Source of the DNA: Chiloscyllium plagiosum
Taxonomy: Eukaryota
Assembly (NCBI RefSeq): GCF_004010195.1
Contig: NC_057719.1
Span: 23,899,629 to 23,963,628 of the forward strand
Length of the DNA stretch: 64,000 nucleotides
Direction of reading: 5' to 3'
Below the pieces are notes generated by a model. The model saw only the letters and a program-made list of their open reading frames with translations. It did no database searches and was not told the origin of the DNA. The translations under genes and the position numbers were made by a program. Shown one piece after another: positions 1-13,648 of this stretch (within the stretch, counting starts at the first letter, position 1; each line of letters begins with the position of its first letter).

Positions 1-1139
1 AGGGCTGCATACGGCAGAATAGAATATTTTTTGATGCCATTAATACTTTTTGCCTTCTCAAAGGTTTGCCTCCTACAACACTGGATTATGCTATTTGATT
101 TCTGGGATTAATTGCAAAGAATTAAAATGTAACAAGCAAGATAGATACAGGGGAACCTTTTGTGGATTTTAGTGGTGTGTGACCACAATTAGGCAGTCAA
201 CAATTTATTGCAATTTTTCTGTTAATTTATTGAGTTTGTTAAGAAGTAGTTAGACATGATTCATTAGTTAAAGAAAACATACATTTGTGGCAATGCAGAT
301 GGTTGACTGATACCTGAGGACAAACAAGATGTTGTTGAGGAATATTTCTGTTTTGATGGTGGCAGGATCCTGCACTCTAACTGAGGTGTTAGGGAACTCT
401 TGCCTCAGTCTTCCTCCTCTCTCCTTTTGACCTGTCTTCCATCTGCCTGGTAAGGTCTGTTTGACAAACACAGCTATCTGGGAGAAACTCCCCTCTTCCC
501 TGAGTCTACTGTGTTCTTGGTCCTAGTGTGGATTTGACCTAGCCATGGCGTGGTTAGTCCAGATTGGAATCTGGCTTCTTAATTTCTTGGCCCCCTATGT
601 GCTTTTATTTTTATCACAGTCGTGGCTTCTCTAACTTCTTTGGCCCCAGCATAGTTACTCCAACATGAAATTGGCTTAGTCCCTGCAGGCTTTCTCTAGT
701 CTCTCCTATCCTGAGTACTTCTTTCTCTGAGCCCGATACTCATCGATGTATCATCTTTCTAGGGGCCGGTTATTTTCTCTGTCGATCAGTTGTCTGAATG
801 CTTTTGACCAATAGCCATGGGGCAACCAGTCATGACGTCAAATAATTATCATCCACTTGCCTGCCCTTACCTGAGGGCTGGTTTACCATTCTTTCTAAGC
901 TTAATTTCAAAAGCGGCGTTTTGATAGTAGGGTATGCTTGATGCCAGATGAATTGTTGATACTAATCTTGGGCATCATGACCTTTTTTTTTCATAATTCT
1001 CCCCTTTATTTTATATGCTAGAATCTTTGAAATTTAAGAACTGCAGTAATAGCTGTTAAATGAAATCTCATGCTATATAGTAATTGGTAGAAACTTCTGT
1101 TTTTAAGGTCAGCCAATATTCAACAAGTTGATGAGAAGC

Positions 1140-2220
1140 ATCTGGATTTCCAAAATGCCTTCTATTAAGTATAACACAAGGCTACATGACAAGTTGGAGA
1201 GCCCAAGGTGTTTGTATTTTAGCATGGTTAGAGGATTGGCTCAGGTGGGGATGTGGAGAGGGGGCACCTTTCCAGGACGGCAAACTATACCTAGTGGAGT
1301 GCTACTAAGACCAATGCCAGGACCACAATTATTTACAACATTAATTATTTTAGATGAGGGGAGTGAATGTGCCAAGTCTGTGGATGATGCAAAAACAGGT
1401 GGGGATGCACGCTGCGGATTAGACGTCACAGGAGGATATAGATAGCTTAAATAAATGGACAAAAACCTGACAATAGAAATATAATGTGGGAAAATGAGAG
1501 TTTATGCACTTTGGGAGAACTGTAACTGAATATTATTTAAGTGGAGAAAAAAATACAAAGCAGCACAGGGGAATTTGAAGATCCCTCTACATAAATCACA
1601 AAAAGCATCCAAGTTCAGTAGATCATGGGAGTGGGGGGGCAAATGGAATGTTGGCCTTTATTTCAAAGGGACATCCTGCTAATCTATGAAAGGTGCTAGT
1701 CAGAACACACCTAGAATGCAGTGAACTATTTTGGTACCCATATCTAAAGAATGATATGCTGTCTTGGGAGGCACTCCATAGAGAGCTCAATAGATTGATC
1801 CCAAGCATGGAGAGGTTTTCTTATGGATGATTGAGCGAACTGTATGCATTGGGGTTTAGAAAAATTGAAAAAGACCTTTTTGAAACACAAACGATTCTTG
1901 AAGCACTTGACACAGTAGACGTTGCGAAGCTGTTTCCCATGGTGGGAAGGACTATGAGCAGAGGGCATAACCTCAGAATAAGTGGTAACTGATTTAAGAC
2001 AAAGATCAGGACGATTTGTTTTTCTCTCAGACAGTAGCGAATTAGTGAAATTCTTTACTGCAGATGCCCTTCAAGGCTGGGTCATTAAGAATATTCAAGG
2101 CTGAGACAGACAGATTTTCAATCAGTCAGGGAATTGAAGGTTTTGGGAAAGGGCTGGAAAGTGGAATTGAGGGTTCTCAGCAGTCTGACAGGCCAAATGG
2201 CCTATGTCTGTTCCTGCCAC
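1140..2220 (+). mobile_element. Degenerate CR1 LINE, 3' part of ORF2
   Basis: Decayed RT remnants (..SVDDAKTGG.. derived from FADDTK; LVRTHLEC-like), many stops. Confidence 0.75.
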
Positions 2221-2960
2221 TTGTGGTCGAAGTCAAGAGTGTGAGTAACTTAGAGAGGAACTTGCAATTGGGAATGTTTCCATACATCTGCTGCTGCTGT
2301 TCTTCTAGATGGTAGTGGGAGGGTATACGGAAACTGCTGTCCAAGGAGCCTTGTTTAAATTCTGTATGCTTCCAGGAATGCTTGAATTGACCCAGTAATC
2401 TACTTCAGGAACTTTATCAACCTGTGGTTGCAGGAAATTAACATTGCCTTTCATCTCTTTCTCTCTAACATTTTGTCTTTCATCAGGGAAAATGATAGAC
2501 AAAGTTACACTAATAGTTTGCTCAACAAGCAGCTTACTAAACAGTCCTTTTATACATAGAAGTCCAGCTCATAGTGATGTATTCTCTGCAGCCTGCAGAA
2601 ATAGCAAGTAGTTACCAATTTTAACCATGTTTGCTTTGTGCGTAACTAGAAGGCATCTAATAAATAATCACAATGAACTACTGCTTAATGTACAGCTTTT
2701 TGTTCATAATACTTTTAAAACCATATTCTGTTACTGGCTATTGCTAAGAGCACTGGATATACTAAGATGTAGCTCATTGAAGCAATGTCAAAATTATATT
2801 AGTGGTTTGAAAATACCGAGGCATTTACTCAATCTAATAGGTTGTGTCCATAATGCAGCCTTAACAGGTGTACATTTTTTTTTGCCAAGTGCAGGGCTGT
2901 GGCAATTACTGACCTTGTATATTTTAGTTGACATGCTGCTTATGAACTTTTTTTTTCTAG

Positions 2961-3124
2961 GAGAAACCTGAATATAACTTGTGATGTACTCATTGAGACT
3001 GCCAACACTGGAGGTGTATTTATTGCTGGAAGGGTAAACAAAGGGGGTGAAGTTGTTCGACATGCTGAAGGCTTATTCTATTGGGTCTTTGCAGATGGGA
3101 ATTACAAAGTCACAAATGACCTCC
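2961..3124 (+). CDS. GALC: Galactocerebrosidase, third-last coding exon (equivalent of human exon 15)
   Basis: Polypyrimidine tract + ctAG acceptor at 2959-2960, GTAAGT donor at 3125. Translates (W)[54 protein letters not shown], matching the GALC C-terminal lectin domain (human ..[23 protein letters not shown]..). Length 164 bp; splices in frame to the next exon. Confidence 0.95.
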
Positions 3125-4210
3125 GTAAGTCTTTTTCAACTTTACCAAATGTCATAATAACAAGAATTAAATGTACTCGTTACCCCATTAAAAAAAATTG
3201 TGTATATGTTCACACAGATTCCATGGATAAATAAATCTCTATAATCCATAAGGATGACAATGTTCTACTCTGAATATTTCCCTGTAGTAGCGGGGAAAGA
3301 ATGTAATTTGTTTAAAACTCAGTTTGTTGTTGCACTTTGGAACACTAATCTATGACCATCTTTGCTGACGTTTTCTCTCATCACCAGTTGCAGTCTCCAA
3401 AACAAAATTCAAAAGCACGACTCTGAAAATACTAACCATGTAAAGCAGGCCTGGCAGCATACCTGAAGCAAAGACAGCTTGTTGATATTGTAAATGTCAG
3501 TTAGTTTTTCTGTAATTTAACGTTTGCCTTGTTCACTTCTGTTTACCTTGTCTTTTATTTATTTTTGAGACCACTGTTCCCATTGAATCTTGACTTCAGG
3601 GTGCATTTTATTTTTCTCATGCTTTGAAGGTGTCTTTCTCTAAAGCCTGAAGTCATTTTACTGTTTGTTAATGATAATTACTAAATTCAGGACAGCTAAT
3701 TGTATTCATCAACTGATCAGTGATCTGAATTTGTCTCTCAACTTGCTTGATCCAGGGATCATTATGAATGCTGGAACCTTTCGCAAGTGATCCTGATAGG
3801 GGTGGAATAATTCATTCATGCATGAACCAATGGTATCTATATCCAGTTCCTCAATAAATTTGAAGTAAAAATGATTTGCATTATAATAAGAATTGTGTGG
3901 AACATGAAACAAACTCTACCACAATAATCAAATCATTCTATATTATTGACATCATTATCTGATCATAATTGCAATCTTGAGTACCTGACTTTTCCGCAAT
4001 AAAATATATCAAGGTATTGAGTTAATTCTTTTTCTAATAGTATCTCAACGAATGTGTAAATCTCCTGTTAGTGTGAAAACTGGTCACTCACAACAGGCTC
4101 TCAAAAATGCTGCTGAAGGGTCATTATGTGTAAGAACATCATAAAGGAGCAATGAACTTGGATCGGTTTGCAAGATTTCAAGGTTACATCATTATTCATC
4201 ACCCTTTACT

Positions 4211-4724
4211 GAACAAAGAAAATTTACAGCCCAGGAACAGGCCCTTTGGCCCTCCAAATCAGAGCCGATCCAAATGTACTGTCTAAACCTGTCGGTCAAT
4301 TCCTAAGCATCTGTACCCCTCTGTTCCCCACCCACTCATGCATCTGTCCAGACGCATCTTAAATGAATCTACCGTGCCTGCCTCTACCACCTCTGCTGGC
4401 AACACGTTCCACACTCCCACCACCCTCTGTGTGAAGTACTTGCCGTGTATATCCCCCTTAAACTTTCCACTTCTCACCTTGAAAGCGTGACCTTTCGTTA
4501 TGGAATCCTTCACCCTGGGTAAAAGCTTGTCTCTATCCACCCTGTCTATACCCTTCATGATTTTGTAAACCTTAATCAGGTCCCCCCTCAATCTCCTTTT
4601 ATCTGATGAAAATAAACCTAACCTACTCAACCTCTCTTCATAGCTAGCACCTTCCATACCAGGCAACATCCTCGTAAACCTTCTCTGCACCTTCTCCAAA
4701 GTGTCCACATCCTTTTGGTAAAGT

Positions 4725-4759
<35 letters not shown>

Positions 4760-7215
4760 CCGAACCAATGTCCTGTACAATTTTAACATGACTTGCCAGC
4801 TCTTATCCTTAACACCCTGTCTCCAATGAAGGCAAGCATACTATATGCCTTCTTGACCACTCTATCCACCTGTGCAGTAACCTCCAGAGTACAATGGACC
4901 TGCACTCCCAGATCTCTCTGCCCATCAACTTTTCCCAAGGCTCTTCTGTTCATTGTATAGTTCGCTCTAGAATTAGTCTTGCCTAAATGCATCACCTCAC
5001 ATTTGTCTGAATTGAAATCCATCTGCCACTTTTTCACCCAACTCTCCAGTCTATCTATATCTTCCTATATTCTTTGACAGTCCCTTATGCTTTCTGCTAA
5101 TTCAGAATCTTTGTGTCATCTGCAAACTTGCTGATCATACCAACAGTGCCCTCTTCCAGATCATTTATGTATTTTACAAACAACAGTGGCCCCAACATTG
5201 ACCCCTGCGGAACACCACTGGTCACCTTTCTCCATTTTGAGAAACTCCCTTCAACCACTACTCTGTCTCCTGTTGCTCAACAGTACTTTATCCACCGAGC
5301 TAGAACACCCTGCACACCATGTGACTTCACTTTCTCCATTAGTCTACCATGGGGAACCTTATCAAACGCCTTACTAAAGTCCATGTGTATGACATCAACA
5401 ACCCTTCCTTCATCTATCAACTTGGTCACTTCCTCGAAGAACTCTATTAGGTTGGTAAGGCACAATCTCCCCCACACAAAACCATGTTGCCTATCACTGA
5501 TAAGCCATTCTTTTCTAAATATGAATAGATCCTATCCCTCAGTACCCTGTCCAGCAACTTTCCCACCACCAACATCAGGCTCACTGGCTTGTAGTTACCC
5601 GGAATATCCTACTACCCTTCTTGTACAGGGGGACAACATGAGCAACCTTCCAGTCCTCTGGCACCTCACCTGTATTTAAGGACGCCACAACGATGTCTGT
5701 CAGGGCCCCAGTTATTTCCTCTCTCGCTTCCCTCAGCAACCTTGGATAGATCCCATCTGGTCCTAGGGATTTGTCCACCTTAATAACCTCTAGTCTACCC
5801 AACACATCTTCCCTACTTATGCCAACATGATCCAGAGTAATCTAACTTCTATCTATAATCTCAAGATTCGTGGTCCTCTCCTCAGTGAACACATACAAAG
5901 TAATCATTCAGAATCTCACCCATTCTCTCAGGTTCGACACACAGCCTTCCTTCATTATCCTTCAGTGGACCAATCCTTTCTCTAGTTACCCGCTTGCTGC
6001 TTTTTTAAGAATAAAATGCTTTGGGATTCTCCTTAATTCTGCCCGATGGATTCCTCGTTTAAGACTTGTCCTACTCTTCCGATATTCCTCCAGGGCCTGT
6101 TCCGTTCTTTGCTGCCTAGACCTAATGTACGCTTCCCTTTTCCTCTTGGCTAGTCGTACAATTTCTCCTGTCATCCACGGTTCAAGAATATTGCTCTTCC
6201 TATCCTTTGCCTTCAATGGGACATGCCTATCCTGCACGATCTTTAACCTATTTTTGAAAGCCACTCACATTTCAAGGGACTTCCCTTCAAATAGCTGTGT
6301 CCAATCCACATTTCCAAGCTCCTGACTAATTTTGATATAATTGGCCTTGGCCCAGTTTAGTACTCTTCCCTTAGGACCACACTTCTCTTTATCTACGAGT
6401 ATTCTAAAACTTATAGAATTGTCGTCACTGTTCCCAAAGAAGTCCCCCACTGCAACTTCTACCACCTGTCCTGGCTTGTTCCACAAATATGACCCCTTCC
6501 CTCGTCGGACTATTGACATACTGCTCTAGAAAACTCTCCGGGACGCTTCTTACGATTTCTACCCGATCCAGACCTCTGACCTAAGTGTATCCCAATCAAT
6601 GTTGGGAAAATTAATGTCTCCCATCACCACTACCATATTGTCTCTACATCTTTCCATAATCTGTTTACCTATTTGTTCTTCTACCTCACGCTCAGTGTTG
6701 GGAGGCCTGTAATACAGCTCCAACAATGTAACTGCACCCTCCTTATTTCTCAGCTCCACACATTCCACCCATAATGCCTCACTACCCACGACCTCCATAG
6801 TGTCCTCCTTTAGCACAGCCGTGATATCATCCCTGACCAGCAATGCAACTCTTTCCCCCCCCCCCCCAAACTTCCCTCCCTGTCCTGTCTGAAGTGTCTA
6901 TATCCTGGAACATTTAGTTGCCAATCATCATGCCCTTCCTTCAACCAAGTCTAAGTCTCTGTGAATCCAAGCCCCTAGTTCATCTGCCTTACACACTATA
7001 CACCTTGCATTAAAGAAAATGCATTTCAGGCCACCAGTTCTTTTGCGCTCATCTGCTGTCTGCCTACTCTTCCTTTTATTAATGCTATCTTCATGATTCT
7101 TACTGTCTCTAGTCTTCACCTCACTGCCCACTTGTTTTCTCTTCTGGTTCTCAGCCCCCTGGCACATTAGTTTAAAACCTCCCCAACAGCAGTAGCAAAA
7201 CTCCCCCAAGGATAT
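4211..7215 (-). mobile_element. CR1 LINE (~3 kb, internally deleted), in a GALC intron
   Basis: Minus-strand fragments spanning the APE endonuclease (CIFFNAR, YYRPPN, VMGDINFPNIDW) and RT (CLTNLIEFFEEV, DFSKAFDKVPH, WQMDFNSDKC, LEKVQRRFTRM), plus a CR1 3' UTR. Confidence 0.95.
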
Positions 7216-7821
7216 TGGTTCTGGTCTGCGACACCCCCAGCAGTATTGACAGGCAAAATATCGAAAGGGTGAGAGAATCTAGAATTAGGGATCTTGCATC
7301 TTAGAGAAACTCTGACTGTAAAAGATTCAAAGTCCTTGACATTTTAAGATACAGGCGTGTGATTTGAGATATGTTTAAGGCTGAAATAGATTCTTGATAA
7401 ATAGAGGAATCGAGGGTTACAGGGAATGGTTAGGAAAATGGACATTAAATGTCAAATCAGCCATGATCCTATCGCATGGCGGAGCAGCCTCAAGGGGCAA
7501 ATGTTGGTCTCCTGTTTCTGTTTCTTATAAATTTTGTCTTAATGATTGTTGAAAGGATATTTATCATTTATTGATAAACTTTGTCACTCTTAAGTATTGC
7601 TGACTCCTCTAAAACATGCCATTTTTGTTATTGACCTTCAGTGAAGAGAAAATGGCATTCCACCCATTTTATTCAAATGACCTGCATCCCTTTTCTGTGA
7701 ACATTACTTTTTCTTTTGAAAACTGATGTTTGTCTCCAAATAGTTCTAAAACACAGTGCTGCTGTTGAGCCATTGCTGCATTTCTGCTGCAGTTAACCAA
7801 CTTTTTTTTTCTATTTTGAAG

Positions 7822-7898
7822 CTGGTAAAATTGTGTTGGCTTCAGGCAAGTCAGGTACACGTGCAGGAAAATGGCATACCCTCACTCTGAGCATTCAG
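7822..7898 (+). CDS. GALC: Galactocerebrosidase, penultimate exon (77 bp)
   Basis: T-rich tract + aAG acceptor, GTCAGT donor. Translates (P)GKIVLASGKSGTRAGKWHTLTLSIQ versus human [26 protein letters not shown]. Phases (1 in, 0 out) fit both neighbouring exons. Confidence 0.92.
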
Positions 7899-8979
7899 GT
7901 CAGTATAGTATAGTGTTTAAATTGTTTTACTGCATCCTAAACTTTGACATGATATAGAATTCTGTATTTTAAATGTCTTTCAAATGAAAATTAAACTTGG
8001 GGTGTTTCTGTGGATTGATTGATGAGCTGAATACTGATTACGTTTTTGGTTTTCCAATTCTAAACGGTTTTCTTAAAGCCCCCGATGATTAACATTCCAA
8101 CAATTTACCATTGCTAAGCAATGTTAAATTCTAGATTTTTCATTCTTAAAGCCACTTTCACTGCTGGCTTTAGTGTTTATAAGCTAAAGCAATGGATTTT
8201 AATACCAGAAGTTATATTTTTAATGAAGAGCATTAAAGCCTGACATTCCTGAGTAGACACTTTAATAATCATTAAGCAAATCGTTTGACCTTGCAGATTT
8301 TGCTCAGTTTCATTGCGATGATGCATAATATTGTTTTAGTTTATTGAATCTTGTATACAATGTTGGGAGATTCATAAATTTTGTAAAGTTGCAGAGATGT
8401 TGATTACGAAAACAGATCCTTTGGTCTAACTCGTCCATGCCAAAAAGATATTTTATCTAGTCCCATTTGCCAGCATTTTGACTGTATCCCTTTAAACTGT
8501 TCCTACTCATATGTCCATCCAGAAGGAGAGAGAAGATCAAGAAGTGTGTGTTTTTAATATGACTTACTTTTCACCTATTGGTACATCCTGAAAGGTTTCT
8601 TCAGGATTAAGTCATTGCTGATTCCAACTTAACAGCATACTATTTGAAAAATCCTTTCCCTGTTCCTTCCTGGCTAAAATGGTTGAGCAAAATTTTAAAC
8701 CATCTTCTGTTCTGGAGCTGTTTAGTGTTTTCTGTTGCTGAACAATTTTGAAGATGCTGCCATTATATCCCAATGAAAATGGAATACGAACATTGAGAAA
8801 TCTTGAGCTGTTCTGCCAGAAATAAATTTATTATTGTTTCTAAATTTCAATATTTGTGCAATTCTGAACTTAAATTTTAAATCAAATATTATAATTTTGT
8901 CTAATTTACTTAAGAACACAGGTTACTTTGAGGGAAACTCGTAAGGCAGCATTTACCTTTTGATTTCATTTTCCCTTAG

Positions 8980-9123
8980 GACAATTTAGCATTCGGACTG
9001 TTGAATGGCTATCCTCTATGGAAGAACGTTCGTATATTTCAACCACAGAATGGCTGGGCAGCTATTGGAACACATGAATTTGAACTGGCTCAGTTTGATA
9101 ATTTCCACATTCAGGCTAGTTAA
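8980..9123 (+). CDS. GALC: Galactocerebrosidase, terminal coding exon to stop codon
   Basis: tttcccttAG acceptor. [47 protein letters not shown] matches the GALC C-terminus (..[19 protein letters not shown]..). TAA at 9121-9123. Confidence 0.96.
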   Translation, partial: DNLAFGLLNGYPLWKNVRIFQPQNGWAAIGTHEFELAQFDNFHIQAS

Positions 9124-9692
9124 CCATCTATGAATCCATCTCTACAAATCTTAAAATTTATGTTAAGATTGCTGCATTTGTATGAATAATGTGTAGTGTG
9201 TTCTTTTGCTATTTTGCAGTTAAATATTGGAGAGAGTAAACTAAATTTAACAGGATATTTGAGTATTTAATTAAACCCCACCTTCATTGAAACATGCAGA
9301 ATTAAAAGCTTAATATATCAATATTGTACCAATGCTGATAAATTGTGCAGAGCAAGTGCTGTTGTAACTAATATAATTCAACTTGAAACTGTATATTTCA
9401 ACCAAAGGTGATTCTATGTTTTATGCAAATATCAGCTAAAGTATGTATTGAGATTGAACTACTTCAGAATGAATGGTATTGTCTAGCAACTTTATCCAGT
9501 TTGTAGATGAAATTGGCAATTCACTTCTTCACTTTTTTTATATTAAAATCTTAATCTTTCTTTTCAATTCATTTTTAAATAAGACCTTCTGGATTTCTAA
9601 CTTTGTTTTTCTAATGTAAGCATTGCCTACTCATACTCAATATTAAAGACTGATCCTCCGGTTGCGCTTTTAAAGCTGATTGTCCTTTAACC

Positions 9693-9698
9693 AATAAA
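9693..9698 (+). terminator. Candidate GALC polyadenylation signal AATAAA (alternative ATTAAA at 9301-9306)
   Basis: AATAAA ~570 nt after the stop, followed ~25 nt later by a GT/T-rich tract (ctgtgttttttttttgtctgt). Confidence 0.55.
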
Positions 9699-10352
9699 AA
9701 TATCTTAATCTAACTCCTGTACTGTGTTTTTTTTTGTCTGTAGTTGGTTTTAGTTAAAATGTATGTTAAGTCCAACAGGTTTGCACTATATCACAGATGG
9801 AGATTTTGAGTACTGCACTTGTCCTCACTAAATAATTTGACTCTGATTTTATTACCCTTGTATCTTTGACCTAACTTGTGTGTTATCTGTTATTACCTGA
9901 CTTGACCTTGGCAGAACCCAGGCTTAAATTCTCACTTCAACTTTAAATTGTCTGGGAATTGACAAGTGTTGAATATTTGGAGAGTGATTTTGTGTACTGC
10001 TATGAACCTTTAAAGTGTATAGCATGGACAAAGTCTGGTGCTGGCTGTTGTCAAAACTGGTCTTTCTTCCCAGTAATGGTACCCTCTTGCATGGGTCTGC
10101 TCTTCCCAGTCCAGCCTTGTCATACCAAAAGAGTCAAACTAATCTGATAGAAGTTGCTAGCTTCAATCTGAAGGGGCAGCAGTACTATCTCTAAAGCCCA
10201 GTGGACAGTCTTGGGATCAAAGGTCTGAGTAAGACCACATCTGGAATAATGTGTACTGTATTGGTTGCCCTACTTCAAGGATATAATTTCTTTAGAAGCA
10301 ATTCACACAAGTTTGATTCAGCTGATGCCAGGGACAAAAACGTTTGCTTCTG

Positions 10353-11530
10353 AAATAACCTTATTGAGTTCTTTGAGAAGGTGACCAAACAGGTAGATAA
10401 GAGTAAACTGATTGATGTGGTGTATATGGATTTCAGCAAGGTGTTCAATAAGGTTCCCCACAGTAGGCTATTGTACGAAATGCGGAGGAATGGGATTGTG
10501 GAAGACAGAGGGTGGTGGTTAATGGGAAATGTTCATTCTGGAGTCCAGTTCCCAGTGGTGTACGGCAAGGGTCGGTGTTGGATCCACTGCTGTTCGTCAT
10601 TTTTATAAACTAACTGGATGAGGGCGTAGAAGGGTGGGTTAGTAAATTTGCAGATGACACTAAGGTCGGTGGAGTTGTGGATAGTGACGAAGGATGTTGT
10701 AGGTTACAGAGAGACATAGATAAGCTGCAGAGCTGAGCTGAGGTGTAGCAAATGGAGTTTAATGCGGACAAGAATGAGGTGATTCACTTTGTTCAGAGTA
10801 ACCGGAATGCAAAGTACTGGGCTAATGGTAAGATTCTTGGTAGTGTAGATGAATAGAGATCTGTGTCCATGTACACAGATCCTTGAAAGTTGCCACCCAG
10901 GTTGACAGGATTGTTAAGAAGTCATACAGTGTTTTAGCTTTTATTAATAGAGGGATCGAGTTCCGGAACCATGAGGTTATGCTACAGCTGTACAAAACTC
11001 TGGTGCGGCCGCACTTGGAGTATTGTGTACAGTTCTGGTCACTACATTATAAGAAGGATGTGGAAGCTTTGGAAAGGGTGCAAAGGAGATTTACTAGGAT
11101 GTTGCCTGGTATGGAGAGAAGGTCTTACGAGGAAAGGCTGAGGGACTTGAGGCTGTTTTCGTTAGAGAGAAGAAGGTTGAGAGGTGACTCAATAGAGACA
11201 TATAAGATAACCAGAGGGTTAGATAGGGTGGACAGGCAGAGCCTTTTTCCAAGAATGGTAACGGTGAGCATGAGGGCGCATAGCTTTAAATTGAGGGGTA
11301 ATAGATATAGGACAGATGTCAGAGGTAGTTTCTTTACTCAGAGTAGTAAGGGTATGGAAGCTTTGCCTGCAATGGTAGTAGATTTGCCAACTTTAAGTAC
11401 ATTTAAGTCATCATTGGACAAGCATATGGACGTACATGGAATAGTGTAGGTTAGATGGGCTTCAGATTGATATGACAGGTCAGTGCAACATCGAGGGCCG
11501 AAGGGCCTGTACTGGCCTGTAATGTTCTAT
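10353..11530 (+). mobile_element. 5'-truncated CR1 LINE inserted into an older CR1 fragment (~10200-10352 and ~11535-11935)
   Basis: DFSKVFNKVPH, FADDTK and LVRPHLEYCVQFW motifs; 3' end gggccgaagggcctgt..gttctat; the flanks continue as a more diverged CR1. Confidence 0.9.
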
Positions 11531-12436
11531 AAATAAAGGTTGAGCAGTTTGGCTGTACTCCATTGGAGTTTAGAAAAATGAGTGTTTACTTATATAAAAT
11601 ACAAAGGGGCATGACAAGATGGATTTGAGAGGGTGTCTCCATTGTGGTAGAGGTCAGAATTAGGGGACACAGTTTTGAAGTTAGAGGCCTCCTGTTTAAA
11701 GCTGGGATGAGAAATTGTTTTTCTAAGGGCATAGTTGATCTTGGGAATTCTCTTCCGAAAGAAAATAAAGTCTGAATAATTAAATGTTTTCAAGACCAGG
11801 TTAGATTTTGATTGACAGGAAGTATAGGGTTATGGGGACGCAGACTGGTAAGTGGAGTTAAGACCACAGTCAAATCAGCCATGATTTTACTTATTGGTGG
11901 AGCAGGCTCAATAGCTGAATACCCTACTCCTCTTTATATAGCTGTGTAAATCTTCATTCCGCAGATGTGGATGAGATTAACTATGTTCAATGATCAGTTA
12001 GGTGAAGAGAACTGGATAAAGTTGGGAGCAGAATAAGTAAACCATTTATACGAAAGCAATTTCACAATGCAGGAATAAAATCAATACTGCAAATGCTGGA
12101 AATTTTAATAAATGCAGTGAATGCTTGAGAAACTCCCATCTGAAAGTAGTGATGGAGAGAGAAACCAAATTAGTACTTCAAATGCAATGTGACATCTTCT
12201 GTGTGGGCCAATATTTATTACCCATTTCTGATTGTCCTTGTGATGGTGAACTGCTATAGCTCAGCTAGGCTAGGTACACCCACACAATGCCATTAAGGGT
12301 GGAGTTACACAATGTGGACCTATAAATAGTGAAGGAACAGTGGTATATTTCTAAGTCAGGATGGTGACTGGCTTGGAGAAAAACTTGCAATTGTTATTGT
12401 TTCTATGTACCTGCTGCCCTTGTCATTCCACTTGGA

Positions 12437-13648
12437 AGGTTTTTTGAGAAGGTGACCAAGCATGTAGATGAGGGTAAGGCAGTTGCCATGGTGTACATGG
12501 ACTTCAGTAAAGCCTTTGATAAGGTTCCACATGGTAGGTTGTTGGAGAAAATGCAGAGGCATGGGATTGAGAGTGATTTAGCATTTTGGATTAGAAACTG
12601 GCTTTCTGAAAGAAGGCAGCGAGTGGTGGTTGATGGAAAATATTCAGCCTGGAGTCTGGTTACTAGTGGTGTACCACAAGGATCTGTTTTGGGACCACTG
12701 CTGTTTGTCACTTTTATAAATGCAGGCATAGGTGGATGGGTCAGTCAATTTGCAGATGACACTAAAGTCAGTAGAGTAGTGGACAGTGTGGAGGAATGTT
12801 ACAGGTTGCAGGGGGACTTGGATAAACTGCAGAATTGGGCTGAGAGGTGGCAAATGGAGTTCACCGCTGCTAAATGTGAGGTGATTCACTTTGGGAAGAA
12901 TAACAGGAAGACAGAGTAGTGGGTCACTGGAGAGATTATTGGTAGTGTGGATTGCAGAGGGATCTTGGAGTCCATTTGCATAGATTCCTGAAAATTGCTA
13001 CTCAGGTTGATAGTGCTGTTAAGAAGGCATACGGTGTGTCAGGTTTCATTGGTAGAGGGACTAAGTTCCGGAGCCGCCATATCATGCTGCAACTGTACAA
13101 ATGCCAGTGCAGCCACATTTGGAATATTGTGTACAGTTCTGGTCACCCCATTACAGGAAGGATGTGGAAGTATTGGAAAAGGTGCAGAGGAGACTTACCA
13201 GGATGTTGCTTGGTGTGGAGGGAAGCTCTTATGAGGAAAGGCTGAGAGACTTGGGTCTGTTCTCATTGGAAAGAAGGCGGCCCAGAGGGGATTTGATAGA
13301 GACCTACAAGATGATCAGAGGATTAGATAGGGTAAACAGTGAAAGTCTTTTTCCTGGGATGATGATGTCATCTTGTACAAGGGAGCATAACTACAAATTG
13401 AGGGGTGATATATTTATATCAGATGTCAGAGGCAGATTCTTTACTCAGAGTGGTAAGAGTGTGGAATGCCCTACCTGCCAATGTAGTTAACTCAGCCACC
13501 GAAGGGAAATTTAAGCAATCCTTGCATAAGCACATAGATGATGATGGGATAGTGTAGGGGGATGAGCTTAGAATAGTACACAGGTCAACGCAACATCGAG
13601 GGCCGAAGGGCCTGTTCTGCGCTGTATTGTTCTATGTTCTTATGTTCT
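12437..13648 (+). mobile_element. 5'-truncated CR1 LINE nested in an older minus-strand LINE (~12205-12436, ~13650-14030)
   Basis: RT motifs GVPQGSVLGPLLF and FADDTK; tail ttctatgttcttatgttct. The flanks resemble the reverse complement of the LINE at 54310-55730. Confidence 0.9.

Noticed and set aside
270..960. Compositionally distinct segment with a small minus-strand ORF; checked for an upstream GALC exon
   Set aside because: No GALC-like translation or recognisable domain found.
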